Positions 18,193 through 27,394 are shown, counted from the stretch's first letter. The stretch is DNA of 32,000 bases from Pseudidiomarina andamanensis (GCF_009734345.1 NZ_CP032551.1:720001-752000); one strand, 5' to 3'. The notes: generated from the letters alone by a model not told the origin. Numbers and translations: made by a program.

Positions 18193-18253
18193 CTCGACTT
18201 TTATTCAGTTAATCTGAGGGTAAGAATTTCAACAAAAACATCACGGATCTTAA

Positions 18254-19687
18254 ATGACTCAGCCAACCTTCTATTGGCACGACTACGAAACTTGGGGTGC
18301 GAATCCGCAAACCGATCGACCAGCACAATTTGCTGGATTACGAACCACCCTAGAATTTGAACCCGTTGGTCGACCGTTAACCATTTTTTGCCAACCCACG
18401 CCTGATTTCCTGCCGCATCCGCAAGCCGTTATGATTACGGGTATTACGCCGCAGCACGCCTTGGCACAAGGGATGAATGAAGCGGCATTTGCTGAGAAAA
18501 TTGCAACGCAAATGAGCGAGCCAAACACCACGGTCATTGGCTACAACAACATTGCATTTGACGACGAAGTCACGCGGCATTTGTTTTATCGTAATTTTAT
18601 TGACCCTTATGCACACACTTGGCAAGACAATAATTCGCGTTGGGATTTGATTGATCTCATGCGAGCTTGTTATGCATTACGCCCCGAAGGCATTGAATGG
18701 CCGTATCATGATGACGGTCGCGTCAGCATGCGCCTCGAAGACTTAACCCGTGTGAATGGTATTGAACATGGCCAAGCGCACGATGCGATGGCGGATGTGT
18801 ATGCCACTATCGAAATGGCAAAAAAGGTAAAACAAGCGCAGCCCCGATTATTTGATTACGCCTACGGCATGCGTCGCAAGCAAGCGGTGAAAGAACTCGT
18901 ACAACTTACTACCTTCGCCCCTCTAGCCCACGTAAGTGGCTTTTATGGCGCTCACAACGGCTATCTCAGCGTGATTATGCCGTTGGCTTATCACCCAGAG
19001 CAACCCAACACCGTCGTTTATTGGGATCTTCGTTGTGACCCACAAGAGTTCATCGCACTGAGTGAAGAAGCCATGATTGAGCGGCGCTTCACGCGCCGCG
19101 CCACGCTACAGGAACAGAACATAACACCTTTTGGTGGCGGTCAATTTGCCATCAACAAATGTCCGTTCGTTGCGCCTCTCAAAGTTATCGATGACTCTGC
19201 ACAATCGCGCTGGCAAATTAACTTAGCCCGATTAGAACAACATCGACTATATTTGATTTCGAATCCGGCGTTACGCGAACGTATTGTGGCCGCGTGTAGC
19301 TTTGCCCGAGAATTTGAAACCGTTACCGACCCAGATTTGATGTTGTATAGCGGTGACTTCTTCAGCGATCAAGATCGCTCAAACATGGCAATTATACGCG
19401 CCACTGAACCCGACCAACTTGCTGGTCTTGAACTTAATTTTGCAGATGCCCGTCTCAATGAAATGCTCTTTCGATATCGTGCGCGTAATTTCCCAAGCAC
19501 GTTGAATGATAGCGAGCTCCATCGCTGGCGCGCATTTTGCCAGCAGCGCTTGCTTCAACCACCAGGACGCGCGTTAAGTGCGGAACAATTCATGCAAGAA
19601 TTAGAACAAGCGTCGGTTCAATATGCCGATTCGACGAAACACATGCGATTACTCAACGATCTGTATCGCTACGTGCAGAGTCTTTAA
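18254..19687 (+). CDS. sbcB: exodeoxyribonuclease I
   Basis: 477-aa ORF collinear with E. coli SbcB. Blocks include HDYETWG..DRPAQFAG, GYNNIAFDDEVTR, NSRWDLIDLMRACYALRPEGI, HDAMADVYATI and FRYRARNFP. Confidence 0.94.
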   Translation: MTQPTFYWHDYETWGANPQTDRPAQFAGLRTTLEFEPVGRPLTIFCQPTPDFLPHPQAVMITGITPQHALAQGMNEAAFAEKIATQMSEPNTTVIGYNNIAFDDEVTRHLFYRNFIDPYAHTWQDNNSRWDLIDLMRACYALRPEGIEWPYHDDGRVSMRLEDLTRVNGIEHGQAHDAMADVYATIEMAKKVKQAQPRLFDYAYGMRRKQAVKELVQLTTFAPLAHVSGFYGAHNGYLSVIMPLAYHPEQPNTVVYWDLRCDPQEFIALSEEAMIERRFTRRATLQEQNITPFGGGQFAINKCPFVAPLKVIDDSAQSRWQINLARLEQHRLYLISNPALRERIVAACSFAREFETVTDPDLMLYSGDFFSDQDRSNMAIIRATEPDQLAGLELNFADARLNEMLFRYRARNFPSTLNDSELHRWRAFCQQRLLQPPGRALSAEQFMQELEQASVQYADSTKHMRLLNDLYRYVQSL

Positions 19688-19713
19688 TAATCAACAAACC
19701 ACGAGATGGCGTG

Positions 19714-21351
19714 ATGAACCAAGCGGCGTTGCATTTTGATTACATTATTGTCGGCGGTGGCACAGCGGGTTGTGTACTCGCCGACCGACTTACTGCTTGC
19801 GGAAACTACCGTGTTGCCTTGTTTGAAGCTGGCGGCGAAGGTCAATCACCGTTTAGCGATATGCCTGGCGGCGTGATTCGGTTCATGCACAGCAAAGCCT
19901 TCAATTGGCTCTATCGTAGCGCTGACAAACCACCGCTGCGCAACGGCAAAGGTCTTTACACCCCACGCGGCAAGGGTCTCGGTGGAAGTAGTTTAATTAA
20001 TGCCATGATTTATACCCGCGGCGTTGCGAGCGATTACGACCATTGGGCCTCGGTGAGCTCAGCTGATTGGGGCTGGCAAAACGTTCTTGAGCGTTTTCGT
20101 AAACTAGAGTGCAACCAACGCGGCGCCAATGACTTCCACGGTGCCGATGGCCCATTAAAAGTCAGTGATGTTCCCGTTTATTTTACGGCTGCGAAAAAGT
20201 TTGTTGAGGCTGGTGTTGCTGCGGGTATCCCGTTTAATCCTGACTTTAACGGTGAGCAGCTTTACGGCGTTGGGCCATTTCAGTTTACAATTTTTGAGAA
20301 TGCACGTTTCAGTGCTCGAAAAGCATTTCTTGAACCGGCGCGCCAACGCTCAAATTTAACGGTTTTTACGCACAGCTTGGTGGAGCGTATTACCATTGAA
20401 GGTTCCGGCGAGAATAAACGCGCCAATGGTATTCAATTTCGCCAGCGCGGTAAGGCCTATGTTGCGTCCGCGCATCGTGAAGTGATTGTTGCTGGTGGCG
20501 CGATCAATTCACCGCAAATATTATTGCTCTCTGGTATTGGCCCTAAAGATCAACTCGAACAACATGGTATACCTGTCGTGGCCAACAGCCCTGAGGTTGG
20601 TAAGAACCTACAAGATCATGTCGATGTGATGATTCATTACCGGAATAAACGTAAGGATGGTATCAGCATCACTCCCCGAGGTGCACTGAAAATGGCTGCC
20701 GCCTGGTGGCAATATAAACGTCACAAAACAGGGCCGTTGACTGTTTCCCCAGCCGAGGTCGGTGGTTTTATTAAAAGCCAGCCTGATCTTAATGATCCTG
20801 ACCTACAACTGCACTTCGTTTCAACGCGATTTAACGACAGTGGCTGGGATTTATGGCCGGCATTGACCCACGGCTACGCGTGCCATGTGTGCGTACTGCG
20901 ACCACAAGCGCGGGGTGAGTTGCGTCTGGTAAATCTCGATCCGGCTCATCCACCGCACTTTGAATACAATTTCCTCGATAATGAGGCCGATAAAGCTGCC
21001 CTGCTCTCGGGGGTTAAACAAGTTCGAGAAATTATGAATCAAAAGCCGTTGCAGTCGCACAATGGTGGCGAGGTTTGGCCTGGTGAGGCAACTTCAGATG
21101 AGGCGTTACTGGAACGAATTACCGCGAATATCGGCTTGATCTATCACCCAACCAGCACCTGCCGTATGGGCAACGATGTCAACGCCGTGGTTGACCCGCA
21201 GCTGCGGGTGAATGGCGTGAGAAACTTGCGCGTTATTGACGCATCAATTATGCCAACTGTCGTTAGCGGCAATACCAATGCACCAACCATGGTAATTGCA
21301 GATATAGGCGCCGACTTTATACTCGCCGACGCCGAATCTGTTGTGAACTAA
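19714..21351 (+). CDS. GMC-family FAD-dependent oxidoreductase (choline/alcohol dehydrogenase-like; substrate unknown)
   Basis: The track ORF (19537..) is an out-of-context extension over the sbcB 3' end. The ATG at 19714 gives MNQAALHFDYIIVGGGTAGCVLADRL (FAD beta-alpha-beta fold). It has the GMC signature PRGKGLGGSSLINAMIYTRG, GAINSPQILLLSGIG, and the C-terminal catalytic region YHPTSTCRMG ... SGNTNAPTMVIA. Confidence 0.9.
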   Translation: MNQAALHFDYIIVGGGTAGCVLADRLTACGNYRVALFEAGGEGQSPFSDMPGGVIRFMHSKAFNWLYRSADKPPLRNGKGLYTPRGKGLGGSSLINAMIYTRGVASDYDHWASVSSADWGWQNVLERFRKLECNQRGANDFHGADGPLKVSDVPVYFTAAKKFVEAGVAAGIPFNPDFNGEQLYGVGPFQFTIFENARFSARKAFLEPARQRSNLTVFTHSLVERITIEGSGENKRANGIQFRQRGKAYVASAHREVIVAGGAINSPQILLLSGIGPKDQLEQHGIPVVANSPEVGKNLQDHVDVMIHYRNKRKDGISITPRGALKMAAAWWQYKRHKTGPLTVSPAEVGGFIKSQPDLNDPDLQLHFVSTRFNDSGWDLWPALTHGYACHVCVLRPQARGELRLVNLDPAHPPHFEYNFLDNEADKAALLSGVKQVREIMNQKPLQSHNGGEVWPGEATSDEALLERITANIGLIYHPTSTCRMGNDVNAVVDPQLRVNGVRNLRVIDASIMPTVVSGNTNAPTMVIADIGADFILADAESVVN

Positions 21352-21356
21352 ATCAA

Positions 21357-23690
21357 TTAATGAATTTGCTTGCCGAAGCGCGCAAAGAATCGCGCCAAGG
21401 CTGGTATGAGAATGAGTGCACCTAACATGTTCCAGAGGAACATAAAGGTCAGCAAAATACCCATATCGGCTTGGAATTTAATCGGTGAGAAAATCCAAGT
21501 CGCCACACCAATCGCTAGCGTTAAACCGGTGAAACCTACGGCTTTACCTGTGCTGTCTAACGCATATTTGTAGCTATCGTTCAGGTGCTTGCCTTGCGCC
21601 AAGCCTTCACGAATTTTGGTGTAGATATAAATACCGTAATCTACGCCAATACCAACACCCAGTGCAATTACCGGCAGCGTTGCTACTTTCACCCCAATAC
21701 CCAGCACGGCCATTAAGCCTTGGCTCATGATGGTGGTTAACATCAACGGCAATACAATACAGGTTACGGTGCGAATACTGCGGAACGTAATCAAACACAG
21801 CACAATCACCACGCCGTACACCCATAGAAGCATTTTGGTCTGCGCTGACTCAATCACTGAGTTCGTTGCCGCTTCAATACCTGAATTACCTGCGGCCATC
21901 AGCAAATCTAAGCCTTCTTGCTGATACTGCTGGTTAAAGCTATTCACCGAGGCGACGACCGTTTGCAACGTTTCAGCTTTATGATCGTTCAAATAGATAA
22001 TAATTGGCGCCATAGAACAATCAGGGTTAATTAAACCTGGTGGTGTGCGGCCTGTATTCGCATTCAATACATATTGATTGCGATTCAAGCTAAACCATTT
22101 CAGGTTACCCTCGTTTAACCCAAATGAGCCCATTTTCGCGACATAGACAACCGATTTCACGTCTTGTACGCCAGGCGTATTCTCCATGTGCCAGCTAAAG
22201 CGATCCATCAGCTCTAAGTTGTCATAGGCAATACATTGGCTTGGTGCGGTTTCTGCCATGACAACGAAAATATCCGTACTTGAGCTGTAATTATCAACAA
22301 TGAATTTATTATCAAGGTTGTAACGGCTATCAGGACGAAGCTCTGGTGCACCGGCATCTAAATCGCCAATCTTCATTTGCTGGCTGTAAACCAGACCCCA
22401 AGTTAAACCAATCAATGCCACAACTAACGCACTGTAAGCCCACTTCGGTTGCGAGAAGCGCCCAAAGAAAGCCAACATAGGGTGTTGCTCCTCACGTGTG
22501 GTACGCATGTACTCAACACCCTTCGGAGACACGCCAGTGTATGACATGATGATTGGCAACAGACCTAAGTTGGTCAAGACCACTACTGCCACACCAATAC
22601 TTGCTGCAATGGCTAGCTCTTGAATCACTTCAATATCAATCACCATCAAGGTGGTGAAACCAATCGCATCAGAAATGAGTGCTGTTAAACCGGCAATATA
22701 CAGAGAGCGGAAAGCGAGGCTGCTTGCGGCGAATTTATCATGGCCATCAACTCGGTTGTTACTGATTGCATTAATAATTTGCACACCGTGACTCACGCCT
22801 ATTGCGAACACCAAGAACGGCACCAGCATGGAGTACGGGTTAATGCCCGACCCAATTAACTTGATAATACCGAGCTGCCACACAACGGCGATAATCGAAC
22901 ATGACAGCACCGCAAAGGCACTACGCCAGCAGCGGCTGTACCAGAACAGCATCAATAATGTGATGACAATCGCAATCACGAAGAACAAGCCGACTTGGTA
23001 AGCACCCTCGATCAAATCACCAATCACTTTGGCAAAACCAGTGATGTGAATTTTCACGTTCTCGGTTTGATATTTGTCGCGAATACGTTCTTCGAGCTGT
23101 TGTGAAAACTGCTGATAATCGAGTGCTTCACCAGTATCTGGGTTCACTTCATTCAGCGGTACTAATATCAATGCTGACTTAAAGTTATTCGCAACTAAGT
23201 TACCAACTTCTCCCGAGCGCAATACGTTGGTACGCAGCTGGTCTAGCGAACGCTCTGATGCATCCCAATTATCTGGAATGACCGGGCCACCGACGAAACC
23301 TTCTTCTGTTACTTCACTCCAACGGACATTCGGCGTCCAAATGCTTTTTAAGCCACTGCGGTTAACGCCCGGAATAAAAAACACTTCATCGGTAATTTCT
23401 TGCAAGGTTTTTTGGAATTCAGGCGTAAAGATATCGCCGTCAGTGGTTTCAACAGCAATACGCACCACGTTACCTAAACTGGAAAGGTCTTCTTGGTGCT
23501 TAAAGTAGTTTTGAATAAATTCGTGCTTCGTTGGAATCATTTTTGTGAAGCTTGCTTCAGGACGAACCTGACTGGCATGCCACGCCAAAAACGCAGTCAG
23601 CACCGCGAATATCACAAACCACAATGGACGAAAGTTGAAGAGCGCGCGCTCTAACCACACGCTTTTTGACTCAATAGACTGTTCAGACAT
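21357..23690 (-). CDS. RND-superfamily transporter of the COG1033 / MMPL-HpnN-like type
   Basis: 777-aa ORF. Hydrophobic blocks are arranged as 1 TM + large soluble loop + about 5 TM, twice (around residues 20-40, 230-390, 410-430 and 610-770). The N-terminal and loop sequences are of the 'RND family transporter' type that accompanies DUF1329/BNR genes. AGGA lies upstream of the ATG at 23688-23690. Confidence 0.85.
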   Translation of the reverse strand: MSEQSIESKSVWLERALFNFRPLWFVIFAVLTAFLAWHASQVRPEASFTKMIPTKHEFIQNYFKHQEDLSSLGNVVRIAVETTDGDIFTPEFQKTLQEITDEVFFIPGVNRSGLKSIWTPNVRWSEVTEEGFVGGPVIPDNWDASERSLDQLRTNVLRSGEVGNLVANNFKSALILVPLNEVNPDTGEALDYQQFSQQLEERIRDKYQTENVKIHITGFAKVIGDLIEGAYQVGLFFVIAIVITLLMLFWYSRCWRSAFAVLSCSIIAVVWQLGIIKLIGSGINPYSMLVPFLVFAIGVSHGVQIINAISNNRVDGHDKFAASSLAFRSLYIAGLTALISDAIGFTTLMVIDIEVIQELAIAASIGVAVVVLTNLGLLPIIMSYTGVSPKGVEYMRTTREEQHPMLAFFGRFSQPKWAYSALVVALIGLTWGLVYSQQMKIGDLDAGAPELRPDSRYNLDNKFIVDNYSSSTDIFVVMAETAPSQCIAYDNLELMDRFSWHMENTPGVQDVKSVVYVAKMGSFGLNEGNLKWFSLNRNQYVLNANTGRTPPGLINPDCSMAPIIIYLNDHKAETLQTVVASVNSFNQQYQQEGLDLLMAAGNSGIEAATNSVIESAQTKMLLWVYGVVIVLCLITFRSIRTVTCIVLPLMLTTIMSQGLMAVLGIGVKVATLPVIALGVGIGVDYGIYIYTKIREGLAQGKHLNDSYKYALDSTGKAVGFTGLTLAIGVATWIFSPIKFQADMGILLTFMFLWNMLGALILIPALARFFARFGKQIH

Positions 23691-23708
23691 GCTGCTATTG
23701 TTCCTTTA

Positions 23709-24875
23709 TTATTCTTGGGTTTGTGCTGAAGATTCCGATTCAAAATCGGCAATTTCGAGTACGCCGCGCTGACCAACAACCGTCAAGCGACCATCGTCAT
23801 GGGCTACAAGGTCAGTAAGGGCAGCACCAGAGCTGTGGGTCATCTGCTTAATATTACCTGCGGTATCAACCCAGCCAATAACGCCGGCATTGCCAACCAA
23901 ATAAACACCACCGTTGGGAGCATCAACCACTGAGTTAATATTCACGTTGTCAGGTAATTTAATTTGATTGAAGCTGTCGCCTTGGTCATCGCTGACAAAA
24001 ATATTGCCGCGTAAACCAACTACCCAGAGGCGGTTTTTGCTATCCACATGCAAACCAAAAAATGAGCCGTAATACGGCGAATCGAGCAATTCCCAAGAAT
24101 CACCGAGGTCTGCACTACGGAAAAGTTGCCCTGCTTCACCCGCGACATACACATATTGATCATCAGAACTTAAAGCATTTAAGTGATAGCCGTCAGGGTT
24201 TTCCAAACGATCATCAAGAATATCCCAGCTTTCACCGCCGTCACGTGACCGAATCAGTGTACCATAGGCGCCTACTGCAAAAATCACATCTTGGCTTACT
24301 GCACGAACGTCTAAAAATGGTTTGGTCGGACCTTCAGCGTCTGCGGCTTGCGCCATTTCCAACAAAAATGATGCGTTATCTAGTGCAAACGCTAATTCAT
24401 CTTCGGCATCGGCATCAGAACCATCAAGGCTATCGAGTTCAGCGGTTAATTCATCTACAACATTTTGAAAATGCTGTTGTTGCAATTCGATAAACTCAAA
24501 GCCATTTAACTGCACTTCCCAACTTTTGCCACCGTCTTTCGTTGCAGCAATTACGCCATGATGGCCAACAGCCCAACCATGATCGGCATCAACAAAATCC
24601 ACCGAGGTAAATAATACACTGGTTGGCACATCGGCTTGCTGCCATTCATTCTGGCCAGCTGCACGGTAAAGCACGACGCCGTAGTCACCAACGGCTACCG
24701 TATAATTATCGGTTTGGGTAATTTCGGTAAGCACCGCTTTCGATGCTTTTGCGGCCTTCATTGCTGGTGCATTAATTACTTCATAATCAGTAATCGTGTC
24801 TGCATTCGCAAACGTGGGCGCGCCATATAAGGCCGCGATTACTGCTGCACCAGCACAAGCTGTCGCTTTTATCAT
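23709..24875 (-). CDS. secreted Ycf48/BNR-like beta-propeller protein
   Basis: The track ORF starts at 24944. The ATG at 24873-24875 (GAGGG 4 nt upstream) gives signal peptide MIKATACAGAAVIAALYGAPTFANA. Repeated Asp-box-like S/TxDxGxSW motifs are present: TKDGGKSWE, SRDGGESWD, SADLGDSWE, SDDQGDSFN. The stop lies 18 nt before the RND start. Confidence 0.8.
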   Translation of the reverse strand: MIKATACAGAAVIAALYGAPTFANADTITDYEVINAPAMKAAKASKAVLTEITQTDNYTVAVGDYGVVLYRAAGQNEWQQADVPTSVLFTSVDFVDADHGWAVGHHGVIAATKDGGKSWEVQLNGFEFIELQQQHFQNVVDELTAELDSLDGSDADAEDELAFALDNASFLLEMAQAADAEGPTKPFLDVRAVSQDVIFAVGAYGTLIRSRDGGESWDILDDRLENPDGYHLNALSSDDQYVYVAGEAGQLFRSADLGDSWELLDSPYYGSFFGLHVDSKNRLWVVGLRGNIFVSDDQGDSFNQIKLPDNVNINSVVDAPNGGVYLVGNAGVIGWVDTAGNIKQMTHSSGAALTDLVAHDDGRLTVVGQRGVLEIADFESESSAQTQE

Positions 24876-25097
24876 GGAACCCTCGTAAAAATTCTGAGTC
24901 TTATATCTTGTTAAATAGTTGCAAATTTCCAATTCGCGATACATGCTATGGAAAAATAACTAGAGGTCAAACCAGCTGATACCTTACAACGAACACTGTT
25001 TTAACGCTAGTATCAGTTGGCCATTTAATTTTGTTAAGTTTTGATGTAGCTTTATTGCGGTAAAGCAAGCATATCAAGAACAACAAGGAAAAGCACA

Positions 25098-26453
25098 ATG
25101 AATAAAATGATGCTAAAAGCCGGTATTTTTGCGCTATCTGTTGTGTCCGCTACGGTCATGGCAAAAGTTAGCCCAGAAGAAGCCGCGCGTTTGGGGAACG
25201 ATTTAACGCCAGTAGGTGCTGTTAAAGCAGCCAACGCTGACGGTTCTATTCCAGCATGGACAGGCGGTTACAGCAAGCAAGCTGATGGTGAAGCGCCAGA
25301 GCGCCCTGCCGATCCGTTTGCAGATGAGCAACCACTGTACACCATCACAGCTGAAAACGTCGCCCAATACAAAGACTTGCTTTCAGCTGGTCAAATGGCC
25401 ATGTTTGACAAGTATCCTGACTACAAAATGCACGTTTATCCAACGCACCGTACAGCGGCGTATCCGCAAAGTGTTTATGATGCCATAGCGAAAAATGCTG
25501 CCAATGCAGAGTTGGTTGCTGGCGGTAACGGTCTAGCAAATTTCGATAAGCACGTGCCATTCCCAATTCCTGCTAATGGTCTTGAGATTATCTGGAACCA
25601 CATCACCCGCTACCGCGGCGGTGCTGTTCAGCGTTTAGTAAACCAGTTCCCAGTTCTTGAGAACGGTGATTTTGTTCCGGTATTGCTACGCGAATCACTG
25701 GTCTTCCCTGAGTACTTGAAGACGGGCCGTGAAGCTGACGATGACAACGTTCTGTTCTATTTCTTACAAGAAGTTCTGGCACCAGCTCGTATGACCGGTA
25801 CCGTACTGCTTGTACACGAAACAATTGACCAGGTAAAAGAATCACGCCGCGCATGGTTATACAACGCTGGTCAGCGTCGTGTTCGTAAAGCGCCATCGGT
25901 TGCTTATGACGGTCCAGGTACCGCATCTGACGGCTTACGTACCTCTGACGGCCTTGATATGTTCAACGGTGCTCCAGATAAATACAACTGGGAACTTGTT
26001 GGCAAGAAAGAAATGCTCATTCCATACAACAACTACAAGTTGATGGACACCAGCTTGTCATATGATGACATCATCGGCCCAGGCCACATGAACCAAGACT
26101 ACGTGCGTTACGAGAAGCACCGTGTTTGGGAAGTGAAAGGCACCTTGAAAGACGGCGAGCGTCACATTTACGCAACGCGTCACATGTTTATCGATGAAGA
26201 TACGTGGACTGCGTCAGTCATTGACCATTATGACGGTCGTGGCGAGTTATGGCGTGTAGCCGAAGCATATAATACTCAGTTCTACTACCACGATACCCCG
26301 TGGATGGCAGCTGAAGCATTGTATGACTTGAACTCAGGTCGATATATTTTGCTTGGTCTGGCGAACGAAGAAAGTGAATACATGAACTTCGATATCGAGC
26401 CAGTACGTGGCGACTTCTCTACCGGCGCACTTCGTCGTATGGGTATTCGCTAA
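25098..26453 (+). CDS. DUF1329 family periplasmic protein (LolA-like outer-membrane lipoprotein-sorting fold)
   Basis: 451-aa ORF with signal peptide MNKMMLKAGIFALSVVSATVMA. Its N-terminal block LTPVGAVKAANADGSIPAWTGG is the hallmark I associate with DUF1329. AAGGAA lies about 9 nt upstream of the ATG. Confidence 0.82.
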   Translation: MNKMMLKAGIFALSVVSATVMAKVSPEEAARLGNDLTPVGAVKAANADGSIPAWTGGYSKQADGEAPERPADPFADEQPLYTITAENVAQYKDLLSAGQMAMFDKYPDYKMHVYPTHRTAAYPQSVYDAIAKNAANAELVAGGNGLANFDKHVPFPIPANGLEIIWNHITRYRGGAVQRLVNQFPVLENGDFVPVLLRESLVFPEYLKTGREADDDNVLFYFLQEVLAPARMTGTVLLVHETIDQVKESRRAWLYNAGQRRVRKAPSVAYDGPGTASDGLRTSDGLDMFNGAPDKYNWELVGKKEMLIPYNNYKLMDTSLSYDDIIGPGHMNQDYVRYEKHRVWEVKGTLKDGERHIYATRHMFIDEDTWTASVIDHYDGRGELWRVAEAYNTQFYYHDTPWMAAEALYDLNSGRYILLGLANEESEYMNFDIEPVRGDFSTGALRRMGIR

Positions 26454-26483
26454 ATAGCGCTTAAGCCTCAGGCTTAAAGAAAA

Positions 26484-26508
26484 CCCCAGCTAGTGGCTGG
26501 GGTTTTTT
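26484..26508. terminator. bidirectional rho-independent terminator
   Basis: CCCCAGC-tagtg-GCTGGGG (26484-26490 / 26496-26502), flanked by AAAA upstream and TTTTTT (26503-26508) downstream. It serves the convergent DUF1329 (+) and dehydrogenase (-) genes. A second small hairpin, ttaagcc-tca-ggcttaa, sits at 26461-26477. Confidence 0.8.
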
Positions 26509-26524
26509 ATTGGTTGGAATAAAA

Positions 26525-27394
26525 CTACTTTTCTAAACGTGCCAATAAACTCGACGTATCCCAACGCGAGCCACCCATTTTTTGTACTTCGGCGTAAAAC
26601 TGATCAACGAGTGCAGTCAGTGGCATGCTTAAACCTTGACGCTCAGCTTCGCTCAGCGCAATTTTCAAATCTTTGCGCATCCAATCAACCGCGAAGCCAT
26701 GCTCATAATGTTGTTCCCACATGGTTTTATAACGGTTTTTCATTTGCCACGAACCAGCAGCGCCCTGGCTAATCGCGTTAATTAAGGTGTCTGGGTCTAA
26801 ACCGACTTTACGCGCGAGCTGTAAGCCTTCTGATAAGCCTTGAACCACGCCAGCAATACAAATCTGATTCACCATTTTGGCTAACTGACCGTGACCTGCT
26901 GGCCCCATATATTCACGGGTTTTGGCGTAACATGTTAGCGCTTGTTCAGCACGATCAAATGCTTCTTTATCACCACCAATCATGGCCGTTAAAACGCCGT
27001 TCTCGGCGCCCTGCTGCCCACCAGAAACCGGTGCATCTAAAAAACCAATTCCGCGTTCATGGCATGCCTGCGCGAGCTCTTTGGCAAGCTCCGCTGAAGC
27101 GGTGGTGTGATCAATCAGTACACTGCCTGATTTCATCGTCGCCAACACGCCGTCATCACCGTAAACTACGCTGCGAACATCGTCATCGTTGCCAACGCAT
27201 ATCATCACAAATTCAGCACCTTCTGCGGCCGCTGCTGGCGTCTCGGCAAATTCACCGTGATAGGCTTGCGCCCACTTCTGCGCCTTCGCGGTGGTGCGAT
27301 TATAAACCTTGGTGGTAAAGCCGCCTTGTTGCAGGTGTCCCGCCATCGGATAGCCCATTACGCCTAAACCAATAAATGCACAGCTGGTATTCAT
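26525..27394 (-). CDS. NAD(P)-dependent beta-hydroxyacid dehydrogenase (3-hydroxyisobutyrate dehydrogenase family)
   Basis: 289-aa ORF with an N-terminal Rossmann motif FIGLGVMGYPMAGHL, DAPVSGG, and the catalytic-Lys block GHGQLAKMVNQ. GGGGAG lies 5 nt upstream. The ATG overlaps the upstream stop (ATGA, 27391-27394). Confidence 0.85.
   Translation of the reverse strand: MNTSCAFIGLGVMGYPMAGHLQQGGFTTKVYNRTTAKAQKWAQAYHGEFAETPAAAAEGAEFVMICVGNDDDVRSVVYGDDGVLATMKSGSVLIDHTTASAELAKELAQACHERGIGFLDAPVSGGQQGAENGVLTAMIGGDKEAFDRAEQALTCYAKTREYMGPAGHGQLAKMVNQICIAGVVQGLSEGLQLARKVGLDPDTLINAISQGAAGSWQMKNRYKTMWEQHYEHGFAVDWMRKDLKIALSEAERQGLSMPLTALVDQFYAEVQKMGGSRWDTSSLLARLEK

Noticed and set aside
19537-19713. 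N-terminal extension of the GMC oxidoreductase ORF (track ORF 19537..21351), which overlaps 150 nt of sbcB.
   Set aside because: The extension (MPAALASTTRTRVKCG...) has no GMC similarity and lies in another frame of the well-conserved sbcB 3' end. The FAD-binding fold begins right after the ATG at 19714.
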